A DNA stretch of 64,000 nt from an uncultured Verrucomicrobiae bacterium (GTDB lineage Bacteria > Verrucomicrobiota > Verrucomicrobiia > Chthoniobacterales > JAATET01). Positions 19,219 through 28,285 of the stretch are shown piece after piece. The notes under the pieces are model-generated. The model was not told the origin of the DNA. It saw only the letters and a program-made list of their open reading frames with translations, and searched no databases. Both the position numbers and the translations under genes were made by a program. The stretch covers positions 96,001-160,000 of the forward strand of contig CAVRCI010000008.1 in the NCBI GenBank assembly GCA_963719495.1. Reading direction: 5' to 3'. The stretch's first letter is position 1, and each line of letters begins with the position of its first letter.

Positions 19219-19290
19219 GATGGGGGCGGCTGGCGCCGCCCCTATCGGTTTTCGGTTCGGTTTTCGGTTTGTAAGGCGGCCGTTTGGGCC

Positions 19291-19668
19291 CTAGATCGCT
19301 TCGGTGGCGGTGATGCGGTGGGGGAGGGGGGTGCCTTGGAGGAGTTCCTGGCCGGCGGTTTGCATGATCTCGAGGCCGGGGAGATGCAGCCATTCGACTT
19401 GGATGTGGCTGCCTTGCGCCTGCTTGCGCTCGAGGATGCGGAGGAGTTCGCGCAGGCCCATGGTCGAGCCGGTGTTCAGGTAGTAAAGGAGGAGGCGGAG
19501 CTCGAGGGTCGAAGTTTCGCCAAGGGAGGCTTCCAACCACGCGCCGATCCGGTCGAAAAATTCGGTCGGGTTCTCGGGGTAGGACTCGCCGCGAAGCGTG
19601 AGCGTCGACGACTCCGCGTCGAACGACACACTCGGCGTGGTCTCGGATTCTGGAATGTTCAGGTCCAT
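19291..19668 (-). CDS. siaC: SiaC / DUF1987 family regulatory phosphoprotein
   Basis: TPSVSFD, LRGESYPEN..EFF, YYLNTGS, VEW signature. Confidence 0.88.
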   Translation of the reverse strand: MDLNIPESETTPSVSFDAESSTLTLRGESYPENPTEFFDRIGAWLEASLGETSTLELRLLLYYLNTGSTMGLRELLRILERKQAQGSHIQVEWLHLPGLEIMQTAGQELLQGTPLPHRITATEAI

Positions 19669-19680
19669 GGCGTTCTCGGG

Positions 19681-20193
19681 TTAAGCACAATCGATGCTCA
19701 GGTTGATCGAAAGTGAGGATCGGCCCGAGCTGGCGGGCGAAATTTCGATCTCGGGCGGGCTGGCGGCCTTGCGGTGAAGGTCGATGAGGCCAAGGCCCGA
19801 GCGAGCGGCGGGAGGATCGGTCTGGTGTAAACGGGCGAGGTAGAGGCGGTTGAGTTCGCCGGTCGGAATGGCGCGGATCGACGCCAGCCGATCCCGGAGG
19901 GCCGGGACGTCGGCGTTGTCGATGAGATTGGTCGTGCGAAGGACGAAACCGGTCGCCGTGCGGTTGACCGTGATGCGACCGATGCCGACGTTTTCTTCGG
20001 GGCTGCGTTCGGCGGAGTGGCGGGCGATATTCTGAGCGAGTTCGACGAAAGCTCCAAACAGGAGAATCCGACCGCCGACGGAGAGTTGGGTGCGGGCTCG
20101 GAGGGTCCGGCCGCAATCGGTGCTGATGGTTGAGGTGATGGGACCTTCGGCGAGAAAGAGCATGAGATCGTGCGGGCGGAGACCGGTTATCAT
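19681..20193 (-). CDS. siaB: SiaB family protein kinase
   Basis: FVELAQNIARHS, LNRLY, SGLGLIDL; C-terminal part of the long ORF 19681..24240, with ATG at 20193 overlapping the upstream stop. Confidence 0.82.
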   Translation of the reverse strand: MITGLRPHDLMLFLAEGPITSTISTDCGRTLRARTQLSVGGRILLFGAFVELAQNIARHSAERSPEENVGIGRITVNRTATGFVLRTTNLIDNADVPALRDRLASIRAIPTGELNRLYLARLHQTDPPAARSGLGLIDLHRKAASPPEIEISPASSGRSSLSINLSIDCA

Positions 20194-22382
20194 GGAACGT
20201 GGGCGGCGGGCGTTTCGGTCGGATTGGAATCGGGAAAGCGGATGCCAAGCAGCGTGACGTCGTCGCGTTGGGCGGCACCGCCGCGAAATTCCGAGAAGGC
20301 GTCGATGAGGGATCGGCGCTGGGAGGCAAGGGTTTCGGCGTGGAGTCCGGTGAGCAAATCGGTGAGGCGGCGGTGGTCGAAGACCTGACGAAGGTGGTTG
20401 GGCTGCTGGACGAGGCCGTCGGATTGCAGGTAGATGGCGAGGCCGGGTAAAATGGGCAGCGTGTGATTGGCGAATTCGATGGTGGGAGGTTCGAGGGGGC
20501 CGCCGCCGAGTCCGTGGGGGTCGCCGGGGATGACGCCGGTGAGGGCCTCGCCGTCGCCGGGGCGGACCCACCAGAGCGGGCGGTGAGCTCCGGCGAACAC
20601 GATGGCACCGGGATCGAATCGCACGATGGCGGCCTCCATTCCGTCGCGATTGGTCGCGCCATCGTCGCCTTCCTGGCCGAGGATCGCCCGGACGCGACCG
20701 TGCATCTCGGAGAGGATGGCCGCCGGGTCGCGCACGCCCTTCTCGACGACGATGTGCTCGAGCAGGAGGTGACCAATCATGGACATGAACGCCCCGGGCA
20801 CGCCGTGCCCGGTGCAGTCGACGACGGCGCAGAAGCTGACGTCGGCGGCGCGGTGGCACCAATAGAAATCGCCGGAGACGAGATCGCGGGATTGGTAGAT
20901 GAGAAAATGATCGCCGACGGCGTCCTGCAGCTGGGCCGGGGTGGGGAGGAGAGCCTGCTGGATGCGGCGGGCGTATTGGAGGCTGCTGAAGATCTTCTGG
21001 TTGGCCGCCTGACTCTCGTCGCGGGCGATTCGCAGGCGTCGGGTGATGTTTTCCTGAAACTCCCGGTCGTCGATGACCTTGTCGACGACGCGGTTGTATT
21101 CCGCGGCGATCTGGCCGACTTCCGAGTAGGGGTCGATCCGCAGGCGGCTGGTGAATTCGCCGCTTTCGCTGTGGCGCGCCATGTCGCGGATGAGATCGGT
21201 GATTTCGGTGTTGGCGCCGTGTTCGGAGACGTTGAGTCCGATCTGCTCGGCCTCGGCGTGGATTCGGAGGGGATGAACGCGATTCACGAGCGAGAGCAGC
21301 AGCCAGCCGCCGCCGAAGGCCCAGACGAAGAAGACGAGCGTCCCGAGCGCCTGGATGCCGGTCTGGGCGAGCGGATCGAGGCCGGTGCCGAGGATGGCGG
21401 CGTCGCCGAAGAGGCCGACGGCCAGCGTGCCCCAGACGCCGGGGATCGCGTGCGCGGCGGCGGCTCCGACGACGTCGTCGATGCGCAGGCGTTCGAACCA
21501 GGCAATGGCCGCGTAGCTGAGGAGGCCGCCGACGGCACCGACGGCGAGGGCCTCGCCGGTGGTGACCACGTCGCAGTTTGCGGTGATCGCAACCAGGCCG
21601 CCGATGCAGCCGTTGAGGGTGGCCGGGAGCTGCGGGAGGCCGCGTTTCGCCCACACGGCGGCGAGCGCGGCCAGGCAGCCCGCTGCCCCGGCGATGACGG
21701 TGTTCACGATGATGAGGGGGACGGCGTCGTTGAAGGCGAGGGTGCTGCCGCCGTTGAAGCCGATCCAACCGACGAAGAGAATGATCACGCCGACGGTCGA
21801 GAAAACGAGGCTGTGCGGACTGACGAGGGGGGTCTTGGAATCGAAGCGGCCCGTGCGCGGGCCAAGAATGATCACCGCGGCGAGGGCGACCCAGCCGCCG
21901 ACGCTGTGCACGACGGTGGAGCCCGCGAAGTCGCGGAAGCCGAGGTCGCGCAGCCAGCCGTCGGGGTTCCACGCCCAACCGCCGCCGATCGGGTAGAGGA
22001 CGCCGGAGATGACGATGGTGACGACGATGTAGGAGGCGAAGCTCATCCGCTCGGCCACGGCTCCGGAGACGATGGTGGCCGCGGTGGCGCAGAACATGAC
22101 CTGAAAAATGAGAAGCATCAGGGTGTCGGTTCCGAGGTCCGCCCCGGCGAAGAATTCGGTGGTCCCGAACCAGCCGGAGGGCGAGGCCCCGAACATGATC
22201 GCGAAGCCGAAGGCCCAGAAGAGGACCGTGGCGACGCAGAAATCGATGAGGTTCTTGATCGCGACGTTGACGGAATTCTTCGAGCGCACGAGGCCCGCTT
22301 CGAGCATGCAGAACCCGATCTGCATCGACATCACGAGCGCCGCGCTGGTGAGGATCCAAAGGTGGTCGATGCGGTCGGGCAC
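20190..22382 (-). CDS. Ammonium transporter (Amt)-HAMP-PP2C/SpoIIE phosphatase fusion (SiaA-like output)
   Basis: Amt motifs GFCMLEAG..RSKN, FQVMF, SGAVAER, DFAGSTVVH, GWIGFNGGS, DD....AH; PP2C motifs VSGDFYW, DCTGHGVPGAFMS, SDG, RDDVT. Confidence 0.93.
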   Translation of the reverse strand: MPDRIDHLWILTSAALVMSMQIGFCMLEAGLVRSKNSVNVAIKNLIDFCVATVLFWAFGFAIMFGASPSGWFGTTEFFAGADLGTDTLMLLIFQVMFCATAATIVSGAVAERMSFASYIVVTIVISGVLYPIGGGWAWNPDGWLRDLGFRDFAGSTVVHSVGGWVALAAVIILGPRTGRFDSKTPLVSPHSLVFSTVGVIILFVGWIGFNGGSTLAFNDAVPLIIVNTVIAGAAGCLAALAAVWAKRGLPQLPATLNGCIGGLVAITANCDVVTTGEALAVGAVGGLLSYAAIAWFERLRIDDVVGAAAAHAIPGVWGTLAVGLFGDAAILGTGLDPLAQTGIQALGTLVFFVWAFGGGWLLLSLVNRVHPLRIHAEAEQIGLNVSEHGANTEITDLIRDMARHSESGEFTSRLRIDPYSEVGQIAAEYNRVVDKVIDDREFQENITRRLRIARDESQAANQKIFSSLQYARRIQQALLPTPAQLQDAVGDHFLIYQSRDLVSGDFYWCHRAADVSFCAVVDCTGHGVPGAFMSMIGHLLLEHIVVEKGVRDPAAILSEMHGRVRAILGQEGDDGATNRDGMEAAIVRFDPGAIVFAGAHRPLWWVRPGDGEALTGVIPGDPHGLGGGPLEPPTIEFANHTLPILPGLAIYLQSDGLVQQPNHLRQVFDHRRLTDLLTGLHAETLASQRRSLIDAFSEFRGGAAQRDDVTLLGIRFPDSNPTETPAAHVP

Positions 22383-22412
22383 GGCGTGGGATGAGGCAGG
22401 ATTCGTGCCCGA

Positions 22413-24308
22413 TTATTCCGCGGGTCGATCCTGGTCGACGCGGGGCGTGGGCGGAGGACCGGTGCGCCCGGGGGCGGCTCCTTGGTGAATGGACGCGAGA
22501 GTTTTCACGAGGGCGGGGCGGCGGATGGGTTTGGTGAGGATGTCGTCCATGCCCGCTTCGAGGTAGGCGCCGCTCTGCTCCCGCAGGGCGTTGGCGGTGA
22601 GGGCGACGATGGGGAGGTGGTCGGTGGGACTGGCGAGTTGGCGATCGCGTTCGAGCGATCGGAGCTGGCGGGTGGCTTCGGGGCCGTTCATGACGGGCAT
22701 TTCGATGTCCATCAGAACGAGGTCGAAGGGGTCGGTGCGGCAGACGGCGACGGCTTCGGCTCCGTTGCGGGCGGTGTGGCAGGCGCAGCCGAGCTTTTCC
22801 AGGAGGAGGACGACGAGGCGGGAATTGAGAAGATTGTCTTCGACGACGAGGACGCGGAGTCCGTCGAAATCCGTTCGGGTCGCGGGGCCCGTCGGGGGCT
22901 CGGCGGCGGCCGGGGTGCCGGGCTGAACGTCGGAGTCGAGTCGGGAGCGCGTCGTGACGGTCACGGTCATCGTGGTGCCCGCGCCGACCTGGCTGCGCAC
23001 GGCGATGTCGCCGCCCATTTTTTCGCAAATGCGCTGCGCGATCGCGAGGCCCAGTCCGACCCCGCCGTGGCGCTCGGCGTCGGAGCTGCCGGCCTGGCGG
23101 AAGGCTTCGAAGAGGCCGTCCAGCTTCGCGGCGGGGATTCCCACGCCGGTATCCTCGACGCGGAATTCCCAGGTGGTGCGGCCCGGGTCGGCGGCGGGGC
23201 CGGCCGAGACGCTGAGGGTCACGCTGCCCTCTTCGGTGAACTTGATCGCGTTCTCGACGATGTTCTGCAGGACCTGGGAAAGCCGGGTGCGGTCGGCGTG
23301 GATGATGGTGGGCGCAGTGGGGTCGACGTGGTAGATGAAGGCGACGTTCTTGGCGTCGGCGCGGACCTGGAGGATACGGGCGAGGTCGCGAAGCCAGACG
23401 GCGATCGGGTAGGACAGCTCGTGAAGTTCGAGCTCGCCGGATTCGACGCGGGAAAGGTCGAGGATTTCGTTGATGAGGGAGAGGAGGTTTTCGCCCGAGG
23501 TGCGGATCGCGGAGAGGTAGCCGCGTTGGTCGGCGGTGAGGTCGGTGGTGCCGAGGAGGTCGGCGAATCCGAGGACGGCGTTCATCGGCGTGCGGATGTC
23601 GTGGCTCATCATGGCGAGGAACTCGCTCTTGGCCCGGTCGGCCCGCTCGGCGCGTTCGCGTTGTTCGCGGAGTTCGGCGGCGGCGAGTTTTTGCTCGGTG
23701 ATGTCGATGACGAAGCCGTGCCAGAGGGTGCCGCCGTCGGGCAGGCGTTCGATGCGGGCGTGGGCGGATCGCCAGACCGTGCCGGCCTTCGGCAGGGTCA
23801 CCCGGTAATCCTCGAACCACGGGGTGAGGTCGCGGAAGGACGTGACGAGACTGCGCCAGATGCGGGCCCGGTCGTCCTCGTGCACGAGGTCGAGAATGAG
23901 CGAGCCGTTGGCGCGGGCTTGTTCCGGGGTGAGTTCGTAGATCGTGCGGATCGCCTCGCTGGAATGCAGGACGGACGTGCGACCGCTCGGGTATTGGCGG
24001 AACTGGTAGAGCATCCCGGGGAGGTCGCGCGTGAGGCGGTGAAAGAGCTCGAGGCCAGCGGGCTCCTGGCGACGGTTCGTTTCCACCCGGATGTGCAGGA
24101 CGGTGATGGTAATTCCGACGACGAAGGAACCGATGGTCGCGAGCGTCCAGGGAAGCCAATCGAATGCCCGGTCGGGCGACGCGAGCGTGTAACCCCAGAG
24201 GGTAAAAAGGACGAGCGCTCCGGCAAGACCGAAGGCGCAACTCCCGAGAAACGCCCTCAGCGCCGAGGGGCGGGGGGGTTCTTTGGAATTATCGAGAGTG
24301 CTCTTCAT
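22413..24308 (-). CDS. Membrane-anchored PAS hybrid histidine kinase / receiver
   Basis: Two TMs, PAS (VHEDD...DITE), SHDIRTPMN, NAIKFT, GLGLAI, REC (EDN, LMDIEMP, KP). Confidence 0.9.
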   Translation of the reverse strand: MKSTLDNSKEPPRPSALRAFLGSCAFGLAGALVLFTLWGYTLASPDRAFDWLPWTLATIGSFVVGITITVLHIRVETNRRQEPAGLELFHRLTRDLPGMLYQFRQYPSGRTSVLHSSEAIRTIYELTPEQARANGSLILDLVHEDDRARIWRSLVTSFRDLTPWFEDYRVTLPKAGTVWRSAHARIERLPDGGTLWHGFVIDITEQKLAAAELREQRERAERADRAKSEFLAMMSHDIRTPMNAVLGFADLLGTTDLTADQRGYLSAIRTSGENLLSLINEILDLSRVESGELELHELSYPIAVWLRDLARILQVRADAKNVAFIYHVDPTAPTIIHADRTRLSQVLQNIVENAIKFTEEGSVTLSVSAGPAADPGRTTWEFRVEDTGVGIPAAKLDGLFEAFRQAGSSDAERHGGVGLGLAIAQRICEKMGGDIAVRSQVGAGTTMTVTVTTRSRLDSDVQPGTPAAAEPPTGPATRTDFDGLRVLVVEDNLLNSRLVVLLLEKLGCACHTARNGAEAVAVCRTDPFDLVLMDIEMPVMNGPEATRQLRSLERDRQLASPTDHLPIVALTANALREQSGAYLEAGMDDILTKPIRRPALVKTLASIHQGAAPGRTGPPPTPRVDQDRPAE

Positions 24309-24344
24309 GCCATCTTTCAAAAATAAACCGACAACTCGCAAATC

Positions 24345-24432
24345 GTAGCGGCGGTCTGTGACCGCCGGAGATCTCGCGACCCGGAAGTTGACGCTGCTCA
24401 GCCCGACGGCGGCGGTCACAGACCGCCGCTAC
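24345..24432. repeat. Inverted GTAG-REP doublet (REPIN-like)
   Basis: GTAGCGGCGGTCTGTGACCGCCG ... CGGCGGTCACAGACCGCCGCTAC. Confidence 0.85.
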
Positions 24433-24570
24433 AGCAATGGTCGGGTCGATCGTGGGATTCGGGATCATGCAAGCTACAGGTCTCCCTGCCGGGCGGCCCG
24501 GTCAATGGGTCTCCCTCTTACAATCGTCCCCGCGCCCCGTTGTGGCTGGAGTGGACCCGTCCATGAGTCG

Positions 24571-25659
24571 CTAGCGAACCTGGACGAGCGTTCCTTTCTG
24601 AATTTTCTGCGTGAGGAAGTAGGCGTCCCAGTTGGCGAGGCGGATGCAGCCGCTGCTTTGGTTGCGGCCAATTTGGTCGGGCGAATTCGTGCCGTGGATG
24701 CCGACGCTTTTGCGGTTGATGCCCATCCAGACGATGCCGACGTAGTTGTTGGGGCCGGGCGGGATGTTGAAGGCGTTGTCGCTGCGGGTGCCGTCTTTCA
24801 GGACGGATTTGTCGTAGCGGAAGTAGGGCATGAGGATGTTGGACGTAATCTTCCAATCGCCGACGGGCACCGGGACGCGGTCGGAGCCGGGGGTGCAGGG
24901 GAAGGAGGCGATGATTCTGTCGTTCTCGTAGAGCTCGATAAGGCGGGGTTCGCGGAGAATGACGAGGCGGCGATTTTCGATCTGCGAGTCTTGAGTTTCG
25001 ACTGGGGTGGCGGTGGGAGCCGGGGTGGGTTCGGTGGATGCCAGAGGGTCGGCGGGTTCGGGCGGCGGCGTGGCCGCGGCGGCGAGCTCGGCAGCCTCCT
25101 TTTTGGCTTTGGCCTCGGCTTTGCGTTGGTCGTCGAGGTCGACGACCATTTGCATCGAGAATTCGTCGACGGTCGGAACGCGGAAGGTGGTGCCGGCGAC
25201 GGGGTTGGTGACGGTCGGGTTGATCTCGCGGAGGTAGTCGAGGTCGGAGTGGAACTTCTCGGCGACGAGTTCCCACGGGTCGGCATACATCATGCCATCG
25301 AGCTTTTCCTGCTCGGCGGGCGACGAGGCCTGGCGGCCGATCCACTGCAGATCGTCTTCGGTGAGGACGTAATCGCGGAACGGCTCGGCGACGCTGGAGA
25401 GGTCGAGGCGCTGACCGGGTGGGAGGTCGTTGGCGACGTTGTAACGGTCGGCGGCGGCCTGGGTGAATTCGCCACCGAAGCCGTCGAGTTTGCCGGGGCG
25501 GAATCCGGCCTGGTCGAGGACGATCTGGACCTTGAGGAGCTCGATGCGCTGCGGGCTGTCGTAGGGTTCCTTCTCGAGGCGGCCAATGGAGGCGGCGGGC
25601 TGGGCGAAGGCGGACGCGGCGGTGAGGAGCGCGGCGAGGAGAAGGATGAGGCGGGTCAT
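24571..25659 (-). CDS. L,D-transpeptidase (YkuD family), exported
   Basis: Signal peptide; PGPNN.VG, GIHGT, SSGCIRL. Confidence 0.88.
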   Translation of the reverse strand: MTRLILLLAALLTAASAFAQPAASIGRLEKEPYDSPQRIELLKVQIVLDQAGFRPGKLDGFGGEFTQAAADRYNVANDLPPGQRLDLSSVAEPFRDYVLTEDDLQWIGRQASSPAEQEKLDGMMYADPWELVAEKFHSDLDYLREINPTVTNPVAGTTFRVPTVDEFSMQMVVDLDDQRKAEAKAKKEAAELAAAATPPPEPADPLASTEPTPAPTATPVETQDSQIENRRLVILREPRLIELYENDRIIASFPCTPGSDRVPVPVGDWKITSNILMPYFRYDKSVLKDGTRSDNAFNIPPGPNNYVGIVWMGINRKSVGIHGTNSPDQIGRNQSSGCIRLANWDAYFLTQKIQKGTLVQVR

Positions 25660-25724
25660 GGGACGGCGGGATTTTGGTCGGCGGGGCGCGGAATGCAAGG
25701 AATGGACGTGGGGTGTGGGATCGG

Positions 25725-26591
25725 TCACGGACGGCCGTAGGCGACGAATTTTCCGTCGCGGCGGAAGAAGAGGAAGGCGCGGTAGCCGCCCATTTTTCGC
25801 TCCGGCGAGAAGGTGTAGACGTTGACGCCTTTGGACCCCTGGGAGCCGGCCATCTTCATTTGGCCGGAGGAGTCGGTGCCGAGGTAGGTCATGACGTGGG
25901 TGATGGCGGGCTTGCGGACGGGTTTGTAGGTGTTTTCCCAGAAGAGGAGGTCGCCGGGTTGGAGCTTTTTGCGGAGTTTGCGGGGGTCGGTGCCGACGCG
26001 CCAGAGCTGGCGGCGCTGGCGGAGGTATTCGTATTGGTCGGAGGCGGTGCGGGGGAGATCGACGCCGCGGACTTCGCGCTGGAGCCAGCGGGCGGTATTC
26101 GAGCAATCCATGACCCACGCCTTGGATTCGCCTGGTGGCGTCCAGCGCCCGTTGTAGCGGGTGCCGGTGGGTTGGCGGATGGCGGCGGCGAAGCTGGTGG
26201 AGCTGGAGGGTGTCTCCGGTTCGGTCGGACGGGTTTCTTGGGTTTCGCGGGGGACCGGGTCCGCCACGCGGGTGACGGGGCGGACGACGGGGGGTGGGGC
26301 GGCGACGGGGGGTGGGGTGGGGTCGGCGACCGGGACGGGGCGCGCCATCGGAATGGCGGTGGCGGGCCGAACGGGTGGCTGGGACGAGACCGGGATGCGG
26401 AGGAGCGCGCCGGGGGGGAGGTGGGAGGAGGTGAGCTGGTTGGCGGATTGGATCTCGGGGGCGCTCACGCCGTAGCGGGTGACGAGTGATTCCATCGTCT
26501 CGCCGGGGCGGACGAGGTGGGAGCGGGTTTGCGCGGCGGCGCTGGCGGCGAGCGCGAGGGCAAGGATGGCGGCGGCGGGGGCGAGTCTCAT
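25725..26591 (-). CDS. LysM + NlpC/P60 cell-wall hydrolase
   Basis: Signal peptide; LysM HLVRPGET; MDCS, LPRTASDQ, PGDLLF, THV. Confidence 0.85.
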   Translation of the reverse strand: MRLAPAAAILALALAASAAAQTRSHLVRPGETMESLVTRYGVSAPEIQSANQLTSSHLPPGALLRIPVSSQPPVRPATAIPMARPVPVADPTPPPVAAPPPVVRPVTRVADPVPRETQETRPTEPETPSSSTSFAAAIRQPTGTRYNGRWTPPGESKAWVMDCSNTARWLQREVRGVDLPRTASDQYEYLRQRRQLWRVGTDPRKLRKKLQPGDLLFWENTYKPVRKPAITHVMTYLGTDSSGQMKMAGSQGSKGVNVYTFSPERKMGGYRAFLFFRRDGKFVAYGRP

Positions 26592-27526
26592 GGCGCGCGT
26601 CTTAGAATATGAACGGTGATCTCGGGTGGGCAATTCAATCGCGCGGCGGCGGTGCAGCTGCCGGTTCCGGGGGAGGTGTATCCGATCATGGATTCGTGCC
26701 GCCACGGACCCGAGATGAGGCGGGAGGGAACGGCGGATTTGCGGATGACGGCGATGCCGCCGGGGAGGCAGATCTGGCCGCCGTGGGTGTGGCCGCTGAG
26801 CTGGAGGTCGAACCCGGCGGCGGTTGCTCCGCGGAAACACTCCGGCGAGTGGGAGAGCAGGATCGCGCAGGCGTCGGCGGGAACGCCGAGGGCGGTGCGG
26901 TCGAGGACGTGGGTGCGGTAGTGGTCGGCGTCGTCGACGCCGGCGATCCAGAGCGTGTCGCCGTCGCGCTCGACGGCGAGGCTTTCGTTGAGGAGGAATT
27001 GGAGGCCGGCGGCTTCGAGCGGCGGGACCATGTCGAGGAGGTCGTGGTTGCCGAGGGTCGCGAGGGGGTCGGGGCCGAGGTGCGGGACGAGGGACGCGGT
27101 CAGCTCGAGGGAGCGGGCCAAATCCTCGCCGATCTCGTTGTGGTAGTCGCCGGTGACGACGGCCCGGTCGAAGTGGGTGCGCCCGATGGCGGCGATCACG
27201 GCGGCGGGGAGTGCGGGGTCGATGTCGGTGTGGAGGTCGGTGATCTGGAGGAGCCGGTAGCCGTCGAACGCGGGGGGCAAATTGGCGAGGTGGACTTCGT
27301 TTTCGACGACGCGGACGTCGAGGCATTGGGCGTGGGCGCGTTCCCAGAGGCCGAGCAGCCGGAGTCCGAGTGGGACGAGGCGGCGCATCGGGACGTAGCG
27401 GACGGGGTGCCACCAGGCAACGGTGCGGCGGCGTTTGGACGACCAGAGACGGCGCTCTTTTCGTCGGCGGGTTGCGGCGAGGCCCGGGCCCAGCCTTTCG
27501 TCGAGATCCGCTGTGGTCGGTGGCAC
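26588..27526 (-). CDS. Metallophosphoesterase (YkuE-like)
   Basis: [26 protein letters not shown]. Confidence 0.9.
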   Translation of the reverse strand: MPPTTADLDERLGPGLAATRRRKERRLWSSKRRRTVAWWHPVRYVPMRRLVPLGLRLLGLWERAHAQCLDVRVVENEVHLANLPPAFDGYRLLQITDLHTDIDPALPAAVIAAIGRTHFDRAVVTGDYHNEIGEDLARSLELTASLVPHLGPDPLATLGNHDLLDMVPPLEAAGLQFLLNESLAVERDGDTLWIAGVDDADHYRTHVLDRTALGVPADACAILLSHSPECFRGATAAGFDLQLSGHTHGGQICLPGGIAVIRKSAVPSRLISGPWRHESMIGYTSPGTGSCTAAARLNCPPEITVHILRRAP

Positions 27527-27618
27527 CCGGGAGCGTTATCACGGGCGGGGACTTCGCGCCAGCGCCGACGGGGATTGCAATTCGCGGGGGGCGGCGACAT
27601 CCTGCCCGGCTTTCCGCC

Positions 27619-28233
27619 GTGCGCCTCCCGACATTTCCCCCGCTTCGCGTCCTCGTTGGGACGAGCGTGTGCGGCATTGCGCTATGGTTGGTGGGTTGCG
27701 CGGGGCCGGACGTGATCGTGCAGTCCGGGCAGCCTCCGGCGTTGTTCAATCCGAAACCGACGGCGACTTACGAGGGGAAAGCCTCCTACTACTGGAAGCC
27801 GCAACCGACGGCGAGTGGCGAGCGATTTGACCCGGAGGCGATGACGGCGGCGCACAAGACGTTGCCGTTTCAGACGATGGTGCGGGTGACGAATCTGCGG
27901 AACGGCAAGCAGTGTCTCGTGCGGATCACCGACCGGGGTCCTTACATCAAAGGGCGGATCATCGATCTGAGCCGGGCGGCGGCGCGGGAGATCGCGATGA
28001 TCAAGTCGGGCGTGGTGCCGGTGCGGGTCGAGGTGCTCAAGAAAATCGAGTTGGTCGATAAGCCGAATCTGCGGCTGACGTCGCAGATCAAGGCTCGTGG
28101 GGAAGCGTTGGCGCGCGAGGAAGCGGACGCGGCTGAACGGGCGCGCGCGGAGGAGAAGGTGAAGCCCCGGGCGCGGGCCGAGGGCGAGGGGAGCGGGGAT
28201 CGGGCGCGGGTCCGGCGGACGCGGCGGATGTAG
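27619..28233 (+). CDS. rlpA: RlpA-family (DPBB) lipoprotein
   Basis: Lipobox [32 protein letters not shown]; start estimated. Confidence 0.88.
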   Translation: MRLPTFPPLRVLVGTSVCGIALWLVGCAGPDVIVQSGQPPALFNPKPTATYEGKASYYWKPQPTASGERFDPEAMTAAHKTLPFQTMVRVTNLRNGKQCLVRITDRGPYIKGRIIDLSRAAAREIAMIKSGVVPVRVEVLKKIELVDKPNLRLTSQIKARGEALAREEADAAERARAEEKVKPRARAEGEGSGDRARVRRTRRM

Positions 28234-28285
28234 GGTTGGTGTGGGGCGAGGGGCGGCAGCGAGGGGGTTGGGTTTTGATCGGCTT

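Noticed and set aside
19681..24240. 1519-aa ORF as a single giant protein
   Set aside because: Arg/Pro-rich off-frame shadow of the kinase and Amt genes; only the last 170 codons (SiaB-like) look real
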